A DNA stretch of 64,000 nucleotides from Octopus vulgaris (lineage: Eukaryota). The DNA lies in the NCBI GenBank assembly GCA_951406725.2, contig OX597824.1, positions 55,490,001 through 55,554,000 on the forward strand, given 5' to 3'. Numbering within the stretch: position 1 is the stretch's first letter; each line of letters opens with the position of its first letter. Under the pieces are notes generated by a model. It had not been told where the DNA came from. It ran no database searches and saw only the letters and a list, made by a program, of their open reading frames with translations. Below, in pieces: positions 27,601-38,675 of the stretch. The position numbers and the translations under genes are program-made.

Positions 27601-29218
27601 AAGATAGCTGCTCATCACACACCCAGCATTTCTCTGAATGTCTCACATTTTTCTAATGTATAAATAAGTTTATTCCTCTTTGACATCTGACTTGTTATTG
27701 AAAAGTCTCAATCAATGAAGTTATGTCAGTCACAATACTGTGTATGATAATATAAATTTTTGCAGTTCTTAAAGCTCAGTAGCGTAAACATATCCATACT
27801 TTTTCGATACTTGCATTAAATATCATTGCTTTGTTCAAATAAGAATCTTTTCATATTAAACTAAATAACTTTAAGAAACTGGAACATGACTCTTTTGCAA
27901 TAAAAATGTGACAGTAGATTATTCCTTAAAATGTCATCATATTACTGGAATCCAAGAATTCCAGGAATATATTAATCCTAATAGCTAGTTCTGAAATCTC
28001 CAAACGAGATATCAGTATTAACAATACTAGACCGACAATTTTTTTGCCACTATATCATGGGTGTTCCATAAAGAACTATGTTACTACATTTTAACCCCAG
28101 GAAAATGTCTTTTCCAGCTGGTTAATGACATACAATCTGTATCCGATATATCGTGGGTAAGGGTGCAAACCACTCCCCACCAGCTGGGCAAGACCAGTAG
28201 ACCATGGTTTCTGGGTCTTTATCCTTCATCAGTACTGGACACCTACCTGCTAGAGATAGCAGTCACTCACCCCTACACACAATATATAAACATAGAAGCA
28301 GCAGACAGTTGCTGATCTCATAGGTTAAAGACTCAGAAACCATGGTTTACTAGTCTTGCCAAGCTGGAGAGGAGTAGTTCACTCCCTTACAATATATAGG
28401 ACACAGTGTGTGTATTGTTAACTTGCTGGAAAAGACATTTTCCTGGGTTAAAATGTAGTAACATAGTTCTTTATAGAACAGCCAGGTTATAGTGGCAAAA
28501 CAAAATGTTACCATGTAGTATTGTTACTACTTATATCTCATTTAGAGATGTTTAAAACTAGTTATTTTTTCTCTTTACAACATCAGTGGCTGTCTATCGC
28601 ATCTCTGTTTATATATTGTGAGTAGGGGTGAATGACAGCTATCTCTAGCAGGCTGGTATCCAGTACCAATGAAGGGTAAAGATCCAGAAACCATGGTCTA
28701 CTGGTCTTGCCAAACTGGAGGGGAGTGGTTTGCTCCCTTACTTACAATATATCGGACACAGTTTGTGTGTCGTTAACCAGCTTGAAAAGACATTTTTCTG
28801 GTGTTAAAATGTAGTAATATAGTTCTTTATAGAACAGCCATATTATAATGGCAAAATATATTGTCCATAATCTTAAGCTTTGTTCACAAGATGACACAAG
28901 ACCTCTGTATAAGTATTGATGCATTTAGTAATACTTGGTAATCCAAGTTCCAAGATGTTGTCTATAAAATGTTATGTCAACAGAATTTACTACACATAAA
29001 CAAACAGCTACATACAAAGTAAATATTTATTTTGGACGACATTAATATTTAAGCATAATTTCATACTTACCTTTTAACAAAGAATCAGGAACACCACAGA
29101 AGTATTCTATACCTATATTATGCAATGCTTTGTAAAAATCAGCAGGATCTAAAAAATCTCTGACTAATTCTGTCATCATGCCAACTTCTTGGTTGCGTAC
29201 TTGTTGTTCAGCTACTTG
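7790..29218 (-). CDS. ppd: Phosphonopyruvate decarboxylase (Ppd/AepY, ThDP-dependent), partial spliced gene model: exons 29071-29218, 23207-23337, 7790-7949
   Basis: Spliced translation ...[16 protein letters not shown]...[42 protein letters not shown]...[23 protein letters not shown]; AG/GT boundaries and phases (1, 0) match exactly. Confidence 0.93.
8660..9665 (-). mobile_element. Tc1-like transposon remnant
   Basis: [22 protein letters not shown] and [14 protein letters not shown] motifs with stops and frameshifts. Confidence 0.85.
9797..11391 (-). mobile_element. Second mariner relic, interrupted by a SINE
   Basis: TIRs GTTGGCATGAAAGTAATT / AATTACTTTCTTGCCAAC; fragments [24 protein letters not shown]. 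Confidence 0.8.
10322..10712 (-). mobile_element. tRNA-derived SINE (family also at 12318, 29570, 31935, 51015)
   Basis: Head GAGTGGCTGTGTGGTAAGTAGC...GGGTTCAGTCCCAC, internal CA/TA microsatellite, tail ...GCATGGCCACAGTCAAATGACTGAAAC. Confidence 0.85.
12318..12662 (-). mobile_element. tRNA-derived SINE
   Basis: Homologous to 10322-10712. Confidence 0.8.
12965..13511 (-). mobile_element. Non-autonomous Helitron-like element
   Basis: Minus strand starts TC(TATAG), ends with a short hairpin and CTAG, in an A/T site. Confidence 0.5.
14108..14500 (+). mobile_element. Non-autonomous Helitron-like element
   Basis: 5' TCTCTCTATATATAAA; 3' CCCAAGTAACACCGGGCGATACTGCTAG; same ends as 55680-56047. Confidence 0.75.
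15850..17960 (+). mobile_element. Degraded CRE-clade non-LTR retrotransposon (RT plus restriction-like endonuclease)
   Basis: Broken motifs [72 protein letters not shown]. Confidence 0.72.
19550..20800 (-). mobile_element. Old RTE LINE fragments
   Basis: [18 protein letters not shown] and C-terminal similarity to the RTE at 47672-49591. Confidence 0.65.
23207..23337 (-). CDS. ppd: ppd exon (131 bp): (D)[43 protein letters not shown]
   Basis: Acceptor ttattcttttag, donor gtaaga; ANEG..A.A.G motif of the ThDP Pyr domain. Confidence 0.95.
23800..24246. repeat. Diverged inverted repeat (MITE/foldback-like), arms ~90 bp
   Basis: ~23800-23893 is the reverse complement of ~24153-24246. Confidence 0.7.
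25150..27502 (+). mobile_element. Full-span piggyBac relic in a ppd intron
   Basis: TTAA at 25146-49 and 27503-06, CC../..GG ends, subterminal GGGTCC.TTGGACCC repeats; transposase from ATG 25688 with [31 protein letters not shown] and a C-terminal Cys-rich domain; multiple stops and frameshifts. Confidence 0.93.
27980..28865. repeat. Three-unit inverted repeat cluster (one forward, two reverse copies of a ~250-330 bp unit)
   Basis: 28040-28315 is the reverse complement of both 28325-28500 and 28580-28855. Confidence 0.85.
29071..29218 (-). CDS. ppd: ppd exon (148 bp): [49 protein letters not shown]
   Basis: Acceptor tttgtattttggtag, donor gtaagt; GVPDSLLK is the Ppd N-terminal motif. Confidence 0.93.
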
Positions 29219-29569
29219 CTACCAAAATACAAAGAAAATTCAAGAGAATTTTACCTATATTTGAAACATTTAAAAGTGAAATGTTTTGATAGAAATATTA
29301 ATGCCACATTGTTCAGCTTACTCACTCTTATACTTCTTCACCACCCTCTACATACATCACCACCACCAATTTGATTTGACAAAAACCACAAGGGTAGAGA
29401 AAATAAGAATCTTCAAATTAGAAAATGAGAATATAGAGAAATCAATAATAGAAGAGGGAAAAAACTAAGAAAAAACATGATGCAAATGTTTGGGGTTAAC
29501 TAAAAAAGCTAAAAAGTGAAAATACACTTATTTTACATATATTGATCTCACCAGAACCTTTATTTTATA

Positions 29570-29925
29570 AGTGCAAGCATTTTTGCAACGATGTGGTTTT
29601 GGTTACATTTCCACTGTGTGATATCTTGGGTCAGTATTTTCTACTATAGACCTGAGCTAACCAATGCCTTGTGAGTGAATTTGGTAGGTGGAAACTGTGT
29701 GGAAGTCTGTTGTGTATGTGTGTATGTTTGTTTTAGCTCTACCACTACTTGACAATCAGTGTTAGTTTGTTTATGTTCCTGTAACTTAGTGGTTCAGCAA
29801 AAGTGGTCGACATAATAAGTACAGACTTTAAAGTAAGTACTGGAGTTGAATTGTTTGACTAAACCTTTCAAGATGGTGCCCCAACATTGCTATAGTCAAA
29901 TGACTGAAACAAGTACAAGATAAAA
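29570..29925 (+). mobile_element. Degenerate tRNA-derived SINE
   Basis: Similar to the reverse complement of 10322-10712, including the tail GTCAAATGACTGAAACAAG. Confidence 0.7.
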
Positions 29926-29999
29926 GAAGATATAAACAGTTAATATCATAAGTAAAACGAAGTGATTCTGTGTCACATAATATTCTAATATTTTTGCAA

Positions 30000-31800
30000 T
30001 GGGTTTCTTACTCAGAACATAAAGAGGTTTTCTTCATCAGCTGTGGATAGTATGCCTCTCTTTTTCAAAGATTAGTCAGGTGAAAAGGTTGTGTCCAAAA
30101 TTTTTAAAGGCTCTTCAAAACTGGTGAAAACGAAACAGTTGGTTTTGATTTTTATTTCTATAAATTGATATTTGCAAGTAAAATGTAGGTGAAAAGGGAA
30201 TTTCAAAGAGTTAACATTGCTTTGGAGAGGAAGAACTGAGCATGGTGTAGGACCTACAGGGAATGGAAGTACACTATATAGGTCATGAGAAAAGATGGGT
30301 GTGCCAGGTAGGCTTGGGTGGTGAATAGGCTATTTTGATACTACTATAATTGCTTCTGTTTCAAGGAATAGAAGCAATTGTAGTAGTTTCAAAATAACCA
30401 AGTTGAGAAGAGAGCATGTTTGTGGGATAAAGGCTGAAGTGCATTATTGAGTGAGATTTTAAAAATTAACTGGATAGCTTGCTTCTGGATGCAGGCTATG
30501 ATTTCTGCATATCTAGCAGCAATCTTTTCTCAGATGTGGGAGCAGTATTTCATTGTAAAGTCTCATCTGAGCTTTGTAAAGAATAATTGTTGTAAAATGA
30601 AGAATTTTCTGGCTCTGAAGATGAAAGCTAGTCCCTGGGAATGCAATTTTATGCAATTTTTGCTTTGTTATGAGATGAATGTAAGATTTCAAGAAAGAGA
30701 ATCAAAGGCTGTGAGGTTGACTTTGAGAATTTGACAGAACAGTCTAAAAAGGGGAGGTAGAAGGTTGTTTTATTGATATTTTGTGGAAACTTCAGGGAAC
30801 ATTTGTGAAATCTGTTTTTGTAGAAGCAGTTCATATATTATGTGAGTTGTCAATATTACATATCAATGATGCCTATGTGCAGAAGATTAAAGAAGAGTGA
30901 AGAATTTTATCATCTGCATAGAAGTATGTATTGCTACAGGTGTCATCAAAAAGGTTGTTCATGTAAAGGAAGAAAAGTGTAAGTGATATAACTGAACCTT
31001 GAGGAACACCAGAGTTGATAGAATGCAGGCCAGGAAGGATTCCATGAATGCATGCTAAGATAGTGCAATTTGATAAGAAACCCAAGAGAAAAAAGATGGA
31101 TAGAGTCCATAGGTGAAGTATTTAGCCAAGAAAATCATGCCAGATATGATGAATTATTTTTCTGATGTTAAGTTCAATAATATTGCTTCCATCTAGGGGA
31201 ACAGGCAACTGGTGAATGACAGGCTTGACTCTAGAGCAATTATACTGGTAATCACTGAAGATTGAAAGAGATTCAACATGTTGGAGAAAATGATTAATAA
31301 TTGTTTCCTTCAGATGAGTTGCTGAAAGTGACAACAATAGCTTCAGAGTGCTTAGGTCAGAAATGCTGCCTTTCCTTGAATGGAAGAAACTATGGCTTGC
31401 TTCCAGTAGATTTTCCTAGAGTGAAAAATTGGAGTGGCTGACAAAAATAATGGTCAGCTCTGTAGTTCAAAAATTGAGGGTAAATTAAGAGACAATAACA
31501 GGGCTGGAGGCTTTGTTGATTTGAAGTGATCAGATATGTTTTCACATTTGGAGTACATAGTGTATTGAGACTTTTGGAGGGGAGAAGGAAGGTTTGGGAA
31601 AAGTCTCATCAAATTTGCATACTGTAGGGATGGAGGCTAAGTGGACTGTAAATATGGAATCTTAGTTAGGTAGTGTAGTACTTTAGCGGCCATCTTGTTT
31701 GAAGACTCATGCATTGAAGGATTCTGCAAAGTTGGTAGACATCTTTTGCATAAAATCCAAATGGACTGACAGATATGTGGGATGCAAAAGAGCTTGTAGG
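30000..31800 (-). mobile_element. Degraded L2/CR1-group LINE RT fragment
   Basis: INSGVPQGSVISLTLF...YADD in ORF 30873-31085. Confidence 0.75.
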
Positions 31801-31934
31801 CTATATGTTGTATAAAAACAGTATGTACATTAATTCATCTGATCATGTAGCATATTCTTTCTGCTTGTAAGGTTTATTATTTTCTATTTTGCATTTTATT
31901 GGTAGATGTGCGAGATGATGAAATTTATTATAGC

Positions 31935-32235
31935 TATGTGGTTGAGAAGGTTGCTTCCCAACCACACAGATTTTGTTTCAGCTCCACCATGAAGCAGGTT
32001 TGCCAAAGCCTTGTGAATGAATACTATAGGCAGAAACTGGAAGAACATTGTGTGTATGTATGTGTGTGTGTGTGCATGTGTGTGTGTGTGTGTTTTTGTG
32101 TGTGTGTGGACAGTGGCCATGCTGGGACACAACCTCAAAAGGTTTAGTCAAACAAAAGTCAACCCGAGTACTTATTTCTTTTAAGTCTGATACTAATTTA
32201 ATTGGTTTCATTTACTGAACTACCAAGTTACAAGA
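31935..32235 (+). mobile_element. Degenerate SINE
   Basis: Head and microsatellite similar to the 10322 family. Confidence 0.55.
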
Positions 32236-33401
32236 ACTAAATTGGTCAGAGCAATATGTGTCAAAGAGCTGATCACATTTTTTTGCAAATAGTTTCTGGA
32301 TCTCTTGGCTATTTTCATCAAACCAGGCCCTGTTCTAGTTTATGGAGAAGCCTTATACTTCTTCAGGGGTTTGCAGGATGGCTCTTTACAAGTATTCTCA
32401 AAGCATTCCAGGGAAGAGGTCTGAGGAGTAACAAGGATCTTCAGACTTGGCGATTTTTTCTCCTTCTTCCTTCTTTCCCTTTATTATATTACTTCTCAAG
32501 TATATATTCATATTGATAAAAGGTTATTAAGGTAATTATATTATCATTTATAGATATAAAAATATGCTTACTGCTTGTGCGATCATTTATGTTCATTTTG
32601 GCATTACTTGGTATTAATATTTATATTTGAATTCAATAATAATGAGAATAATAATAAATTAAAGTATATAAGAGTAAAAGAAAATGATTAAAATATATAA
32701 TAGAATAAAATAAGGATATAAAATTGTAATGCAATTAACTCATTTATTGTATTAAACGGGTGAAGGTAAAGAAATATTTTTAGCATAAATTTATAATACA
32801 AATAAGAAAATGGAGAAACAAATTCAGTTTGTTCATCAACTTTCGGATATTAGAATGCTGGATTATTTATTCATTCAACAAAATGAGAACCTCAATATCA
32901 TACATATATATCTTATAATTCAATACATATAAGAATACAAATTATAAAAATCATAATATAAATTATTGAAATCATTAAAATCAATTCTTACAGCTGTTTC
33001 AGCCTATAGTTAAAAGTAGTTATTTTTATTTTTATTGCCTATAGTTGTCAACATAATGAGGTTGTAGGCATTTAAAAATAGGGTACTTATATATATAACC
33101 ATAGGCCTCGTCAGATGTTATAAGGAACTTTAAAAATATTAATATTAATACATTAAACATGATACATGTGTTATTTAATATATATAAATATATATATTAA
33201 AAAATATGAACAAATATCCATATAGACATATACATATATACACATATATGTACATAAGCAAAGTGTATGTACTTTTACATGTGTAAAATACATAAATAAA
33301 CACAATTAAACAATAGGTCCAAGTAGATATACCATACGTCATATACATATATATACATATATATTGGAACATATATGCTTATGACCAGATAAATAACAAT
33401 C

Positions 33402-34458
33402 ATCATCATCATCATCATCGTTTAACGTCCGTTTTCCGCGCTAGCACGGGTTGGACGGTTTCGACCGGGGTCTGGGGAGCTAGGGACTGCCCCAGGCTCC
33501 AGTCTAGTCTGGCAGTGTTTCTACAGCTGGATGCCCTTCCTAACGCCAACCACTCCGCGAGTGTAGTGGGTGTTTTTTACGTGCCACCTGCACAGGTGCC
33601 AGAGGGGTCTGGCATCGGCCACGTTCGGATGGTGCTTTTTTATTATGTGGGGGGGGGGGCAGAAATATAGGGGAGCACCAGTGGGGAGGGGTGGTTCAGA
33701 GGAATGATGACAGGTTCTTAGGCAAGTAGAACGTAGGATAGAGGGTAATGCATGGTGAAAATAGCGTATTGAGGAGGGGGCATTCGAAGAGTAGACACCT
33801 ATAATGGTGGTGGGAGAAACAACATCCGGTATAGATGGAGCAAAAATATAGAGATATCCGGTATTGGTGGTGGGGGTGGGCAGGGTGGGTGCACGCGAAG
33901 GTTGAAAAAGGATGATAGAGCGAGACTTGGTCGGGCAAGAGTTAATAGAGGAGAAATTAGATACAATAGTTAGATAGATAAATAACAACAGATAGGAAAA
34001 CATGTATGATTGGTCGAGAAGTGAAGTGAAGTGAAAATAAATAAAAATAAGATAAGCATTCAAACTTAGCTGTGCTCGAGATTATAGCCGCTAGGTGAAT
34101 GAATGAGAGAGCAGATGTTGTTGCCTTAAGTAAAGAAATTGACCGGAAAGGAATTTTTGGACAAGGCGGAAGTGTATTAAGGGAACAGGCTTTAAAGATG
34201 GCGGAGATCGATAGACAAATACGCGCGAAGGTTGAAAAAGGATGATAGAGCGAGACTTGGTCGGGCAAGAGTTAATAGAGGAGAAATTAGATACAATAGT
34301 TAGATAGATAAATAACAACAGATAGGAAAACATGTATGATTGGTCGAGAAGTGAAGTGAAGTGAAAATAAATAAAAATAAGATAAGCATTCAAACTTAGC
34401 TGTGCTCGAGATTATAGCCGCTAGGTGAATGAATGAGAGAGCAGATGTTGTTGCCTTA
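33402..34458 (-). mobile_element. RTE-tail insertion carrying a 235-bp direct duplication (33894-34128, 34224-34458)
   Basis: RTE 3' UTR at 33402-33640; the two 235-bp units look identical, period 330 bp. Confidence 0.7.
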
Positions 34459-34905
34459 TTAATAATAATGCTGTTATTATTATCAATATTATTATTATTA
34501 TCATTATTATTATTATTATTATGTTTATTATCAATAATAACAATATTATTATATTTATAGTAATCTTCACTAGACCATACATATTATAATAGATACATAC
34601 GATACAAGATAAACAATCAACAATCCATACAAATAAATATATATATTTTTACAAAACTTTATACTTAACTACAAATGTAAATATATACCAATATACATAT
34701 ACATATGGATATACATACAAACACATACAAGTACATATAGAATATATATATATGTACTTGTATGTGTTTGTATGTATATCCATATGTATATGTATATTGG
34801 TATATATTTACATTTGTAGTTAAGTACAAAGTTTTGTAAACAATATGTGTGCATGTACATACCCACTGAATACACTAGTTTTTGGATTTGTATATGTATA
34901 TGCAG

Positions 34906-34936
<31 letters not shown>

Positions 34937-37900
34937 TATATATATATGTACATCTATGTGTAAGTTTTCAATTATTGTTTTGTTATTAATTATGTATATT
35001 AGATCTGATAGATAGATCATCATGTATATTTGTATATGTGATGGTATGTATATGTATATATATATATATACATGTAGTCTAGCTTATACTTATGTAGATA
35101 TGTGTTTTTATATATTTAAATTAGGATATATAATTACCTGTGTGGTTATCTATACATGCAAATGTGTGTATATATATATATTCTATATGTACTTGTATGT
35201 GTTTGTATGTATATCCATATGTATATGTATATTGGTATATATTTACATTTGTAATTAAGTATAAAGTTTTGTAAAAAGTATGTTTGCATGTACATACCCA
35301 CATGAATACACTAGTTTTGGGATTCATATATGTATATGTGGATATATGTATGTATATTTATGTATATATATATGTACATGTATGTGTAAGTTTTCAATTA
35401 TTGTTTTATGTTATTAATTATGTATATTAGATCCTATAGATGGATCACCGTGTATATTTGTGTATGTGATGATATGTATATGTATGTTTGTATGTGTATA
35501 TATATATATATGTATTTGTATGTATGTGTGTGTGTATGTACATATATATATATATATATACATGTAGTCTAGCTTATACTTATGTAGATATGTGTTTTTT
35601 ATATATTTAAATTAGGATTTATAATTACATGTGTGGTTATCTGTACATACAAATGTGTACAGTTGTATATATTTTTATAAGTATGTGAATATATTTACTC
35701 TTGCATATATATGTGTATGTATGTAGATATACATATAAATATATGTATATGTATGTGTATGTGAATGTGTGTATATATATATATATGTGTGTATGGGTGG
35801 GGTAATATGTAAATATGTATCTGCATATGTATATTTGGAAGTAAATGTATGTATATAAGGGCTCTTACAGAATATATATACATATATGTATATATTTATA
35901 ATAATATGTGGGAGAATATATTATAATATATGTAGATACTAGTTTATGCATGTAGATGTATGGGTATATTTACATATGCATGTGCATATGTGTGTATGTG
36001 TAAATATGTGTTATGTGTGGTTATGTATGGATATGTGTGTTTGTCGAATAGTGGTACATACAGAGAATATAACGTATCTATATGAGTATGCTTGTGGATA
36101 TGGATATGTTTTCGTTTTGTTTACTTATTTAATAAAAATGTTGGGTATATATTTATTTAACTCATAAATAGTTTATTTTTTTATTTGTAGACCTAAACCT
36201 ATTTATAGATTTAATTTTGTAGGTGTTTGTATATGTTGATGTAGGAATGTATGTGTATGTATGTGTGTGTATGTATATATGTATGTTTGGATGTGTATAT
36301 GCGTGCCTGTATGTGGATTGTAGTTAGGACTGTGTATATGTGTACTGTGAGAGTATGTGGGTGCATGTATGTTTGTGTATATGTGAGTGGGTATATACGT
36401 ATATATCTGCATATTTCAACGGACGTATGTTTATGGTGTGTGACGTATGTATATTTGTTTACGTATGCATAGGTATGTGTGTGTGTATGCATACATTACG
36501 ATTGTATAAAATATAGTCAGAGTGTTATATGGTTTATTTTTGTAAATATCTATTCATGTCTTAACTTACAACTCTACTGATTATTGTAGGAACTCTCTGT
36601 TTATGTTTAATATCTAAAAGCTTAATTTAAAGATATATATTGTTAATACAAAAGACTAATACGATTTATTTACTTAATAATTAGACCTTCTATTATTTAA
36701 CAACAGATCAAGCGGAAAAAATTCAAATGGATTAGCCAATTAGAAATAGCTTATAATTTAAAATAATTGCTCCCTAACCCCCAATAATTTTGAAACTCTA
36801 AAATATTAATATAACATAAAGCATTGCTATTGTAGCTATCTATAATATATAACCAAAAGCTTTATTTTTTGAAAAAAGTTTGGTTGAATTATTCTACGAT
36901 ACTATATTATTTAGATGGACATAAATACAAATATAAGTATAATTTTAACTTCAACTTTGACGAAAAGAAAAAAATACTCATTTGGATATTACACTGGAAC
37001 TTGTTTGTATTAAGAGGATGTATATACTGAAAACCATAGTCTAACTATATGTTTTATATATTTATATGCATGTATATTTGTATACATATATATATGTATG
37101 CATATATATTTATTTGTTTGGATTGTTGATTGTTTATCTTGTATCGTATGTATCTGTTATAATATGTATGGTCTAGTGAAGATTACTATAAATATAATAA
37201 TATTGTTATTATTGATAAACATAATAATAATAATACTAATAATAGTGATATGTAGGTCAGTTGAGAAACAGAGTGCTTGTGGCCTGGTTTCATAGTTTGG
37301 AGCCAGGCAGACGGATAAAGCCTTTGTCCTGTCGGTTTCTGGAGAGATTAATGGGTTTGGAAGAGACATCTGACCCTTTTCCGGTCAGGGAAAGTTTAAG
37401 AAACCACCCTTTATAATGCGACGAACCGGGTTTGTTGGTCAGTTCTGCCTGAGACAGTGAGATGGCAACAGGTCAGTTCTGCCTGAGACAGTGAATTGGC
37501 AACAGGGCAGTTTGGCCAGAGACAGACAGTGAATGAGGAGCTGAGGGAGATTACGGTGTGAAGGCATTGGTTATTTGTAGTAGGAGCTTGTAACGGTATG
37601 TTTTGCTTGTTTTGATGTGAAATGTAAAAGAAACGAGATTGTGACGTAAATTGTAATCTGTTGTAAAGAACAAAATAAAGGATTACTGAAAAGAAAAAGA
37701 ATTGTGTCAAAAAAAAGAGAACTGTGAATTGAGGAAAAGAGGAAGAAAAAGGAGGAAGAAAAGAAAGAAGGAGAAAGACTTTAATGTTGAACTGTTTCGA
37801 ACTATATTGCATCAATTTGAACTATTTTGATTGTCTCTGGACTTGGTGTATCGTGCATGCCTTTGATTGTTTTCAAACAATGTGTTATGTTTAAATGCAT

Positions 37901-38221
37901 TGGTTGTTTTTCTTTTTGATTCTGTTGCATGTTATTTTCTTTAATGTATCTGATATGTTTCACATTGTATTTGATGTTGTAATAATTGTTATAAACTGTT
38001 CTTAAATGTAAGCAAATTACCTTCCACTGTCTCTCTATCTCTTCCTCCTCCTGTTGTTGTTGTTGTTATCGCCGGTCGCCGGTTCAAGTTCGCTGCCGTC
38101 CCCCCCACCACCGTTTTCTCTCTGTGTGGTGGATTCCCGTTCGACTGAGCTGGTCAATCGTCGTCGCTCGACTTAGTAGGGTCCCGGGTTCGAGTTTGAG
38201 CGACGGCAGGTTCGTAACAAC

Positions 38222-38240
38222 TGGTGTCAGAAGTGGGATT
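38222..38240 (+). promoter_or_regulatory. Primer-binding site complementary to the tRNA-Leu 3' end
   Basis: TGGTGTCAGAAGTGGGATT immediately after LTR1. Confidence 0.85.
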
Positions 38241-38273
38241 GTCCTGATTGCTGCGGTCGATCGGTTGTTCGCC

Positions 38274-38675
38274 ATGGATTCAGTGGAGGCACGAACTGAT
38301 AGCCAAACTGGAGAGGAAGAGATCTCGCTTGCCTTGATTGTGGAGATGTTGAGGGGCCAGAGGACACAGCTAGACGCATTCATGGGAAGGCTGGATAGGA
38401 GGCAACAGGGCTTACGGGAAGACCAGCAAGAGCTTGAGGTTGCGGATGGGTCAGCTTTGGAGGATCAGTGTTGGACTGGGGATAGGAATGGTCATGTGGG
38501 CGGAGATTGCCCGTCAAATGAAATAGAAAATGAAGAAAGTGAACTGGAGGAACCTTGTGATGCTGGACCTGAAGTGGTTGCTGAGTCTGAAGCTGATGTT
38601 GCTAAGCCCGAAGAGCCTGCTGCGTGTGTGATGGCTGCTGTTGTTGTTCCGTGTCAGGAGCCTTTAGCATCTTGA
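38274..38675 (+). pseudogene. Truncated gag remnant
   Basis: Coiled-coil-like N-terminus plus degenerate zinc knuckle CWTGDRNGHVGGDC. Confidence 0.6.

Noticed and set aside
7790-29218. Bacterial contamination or recent HGT as the source of ppd
   Set aside because: GT-AG introns filled with host repeats show long residence in the genome
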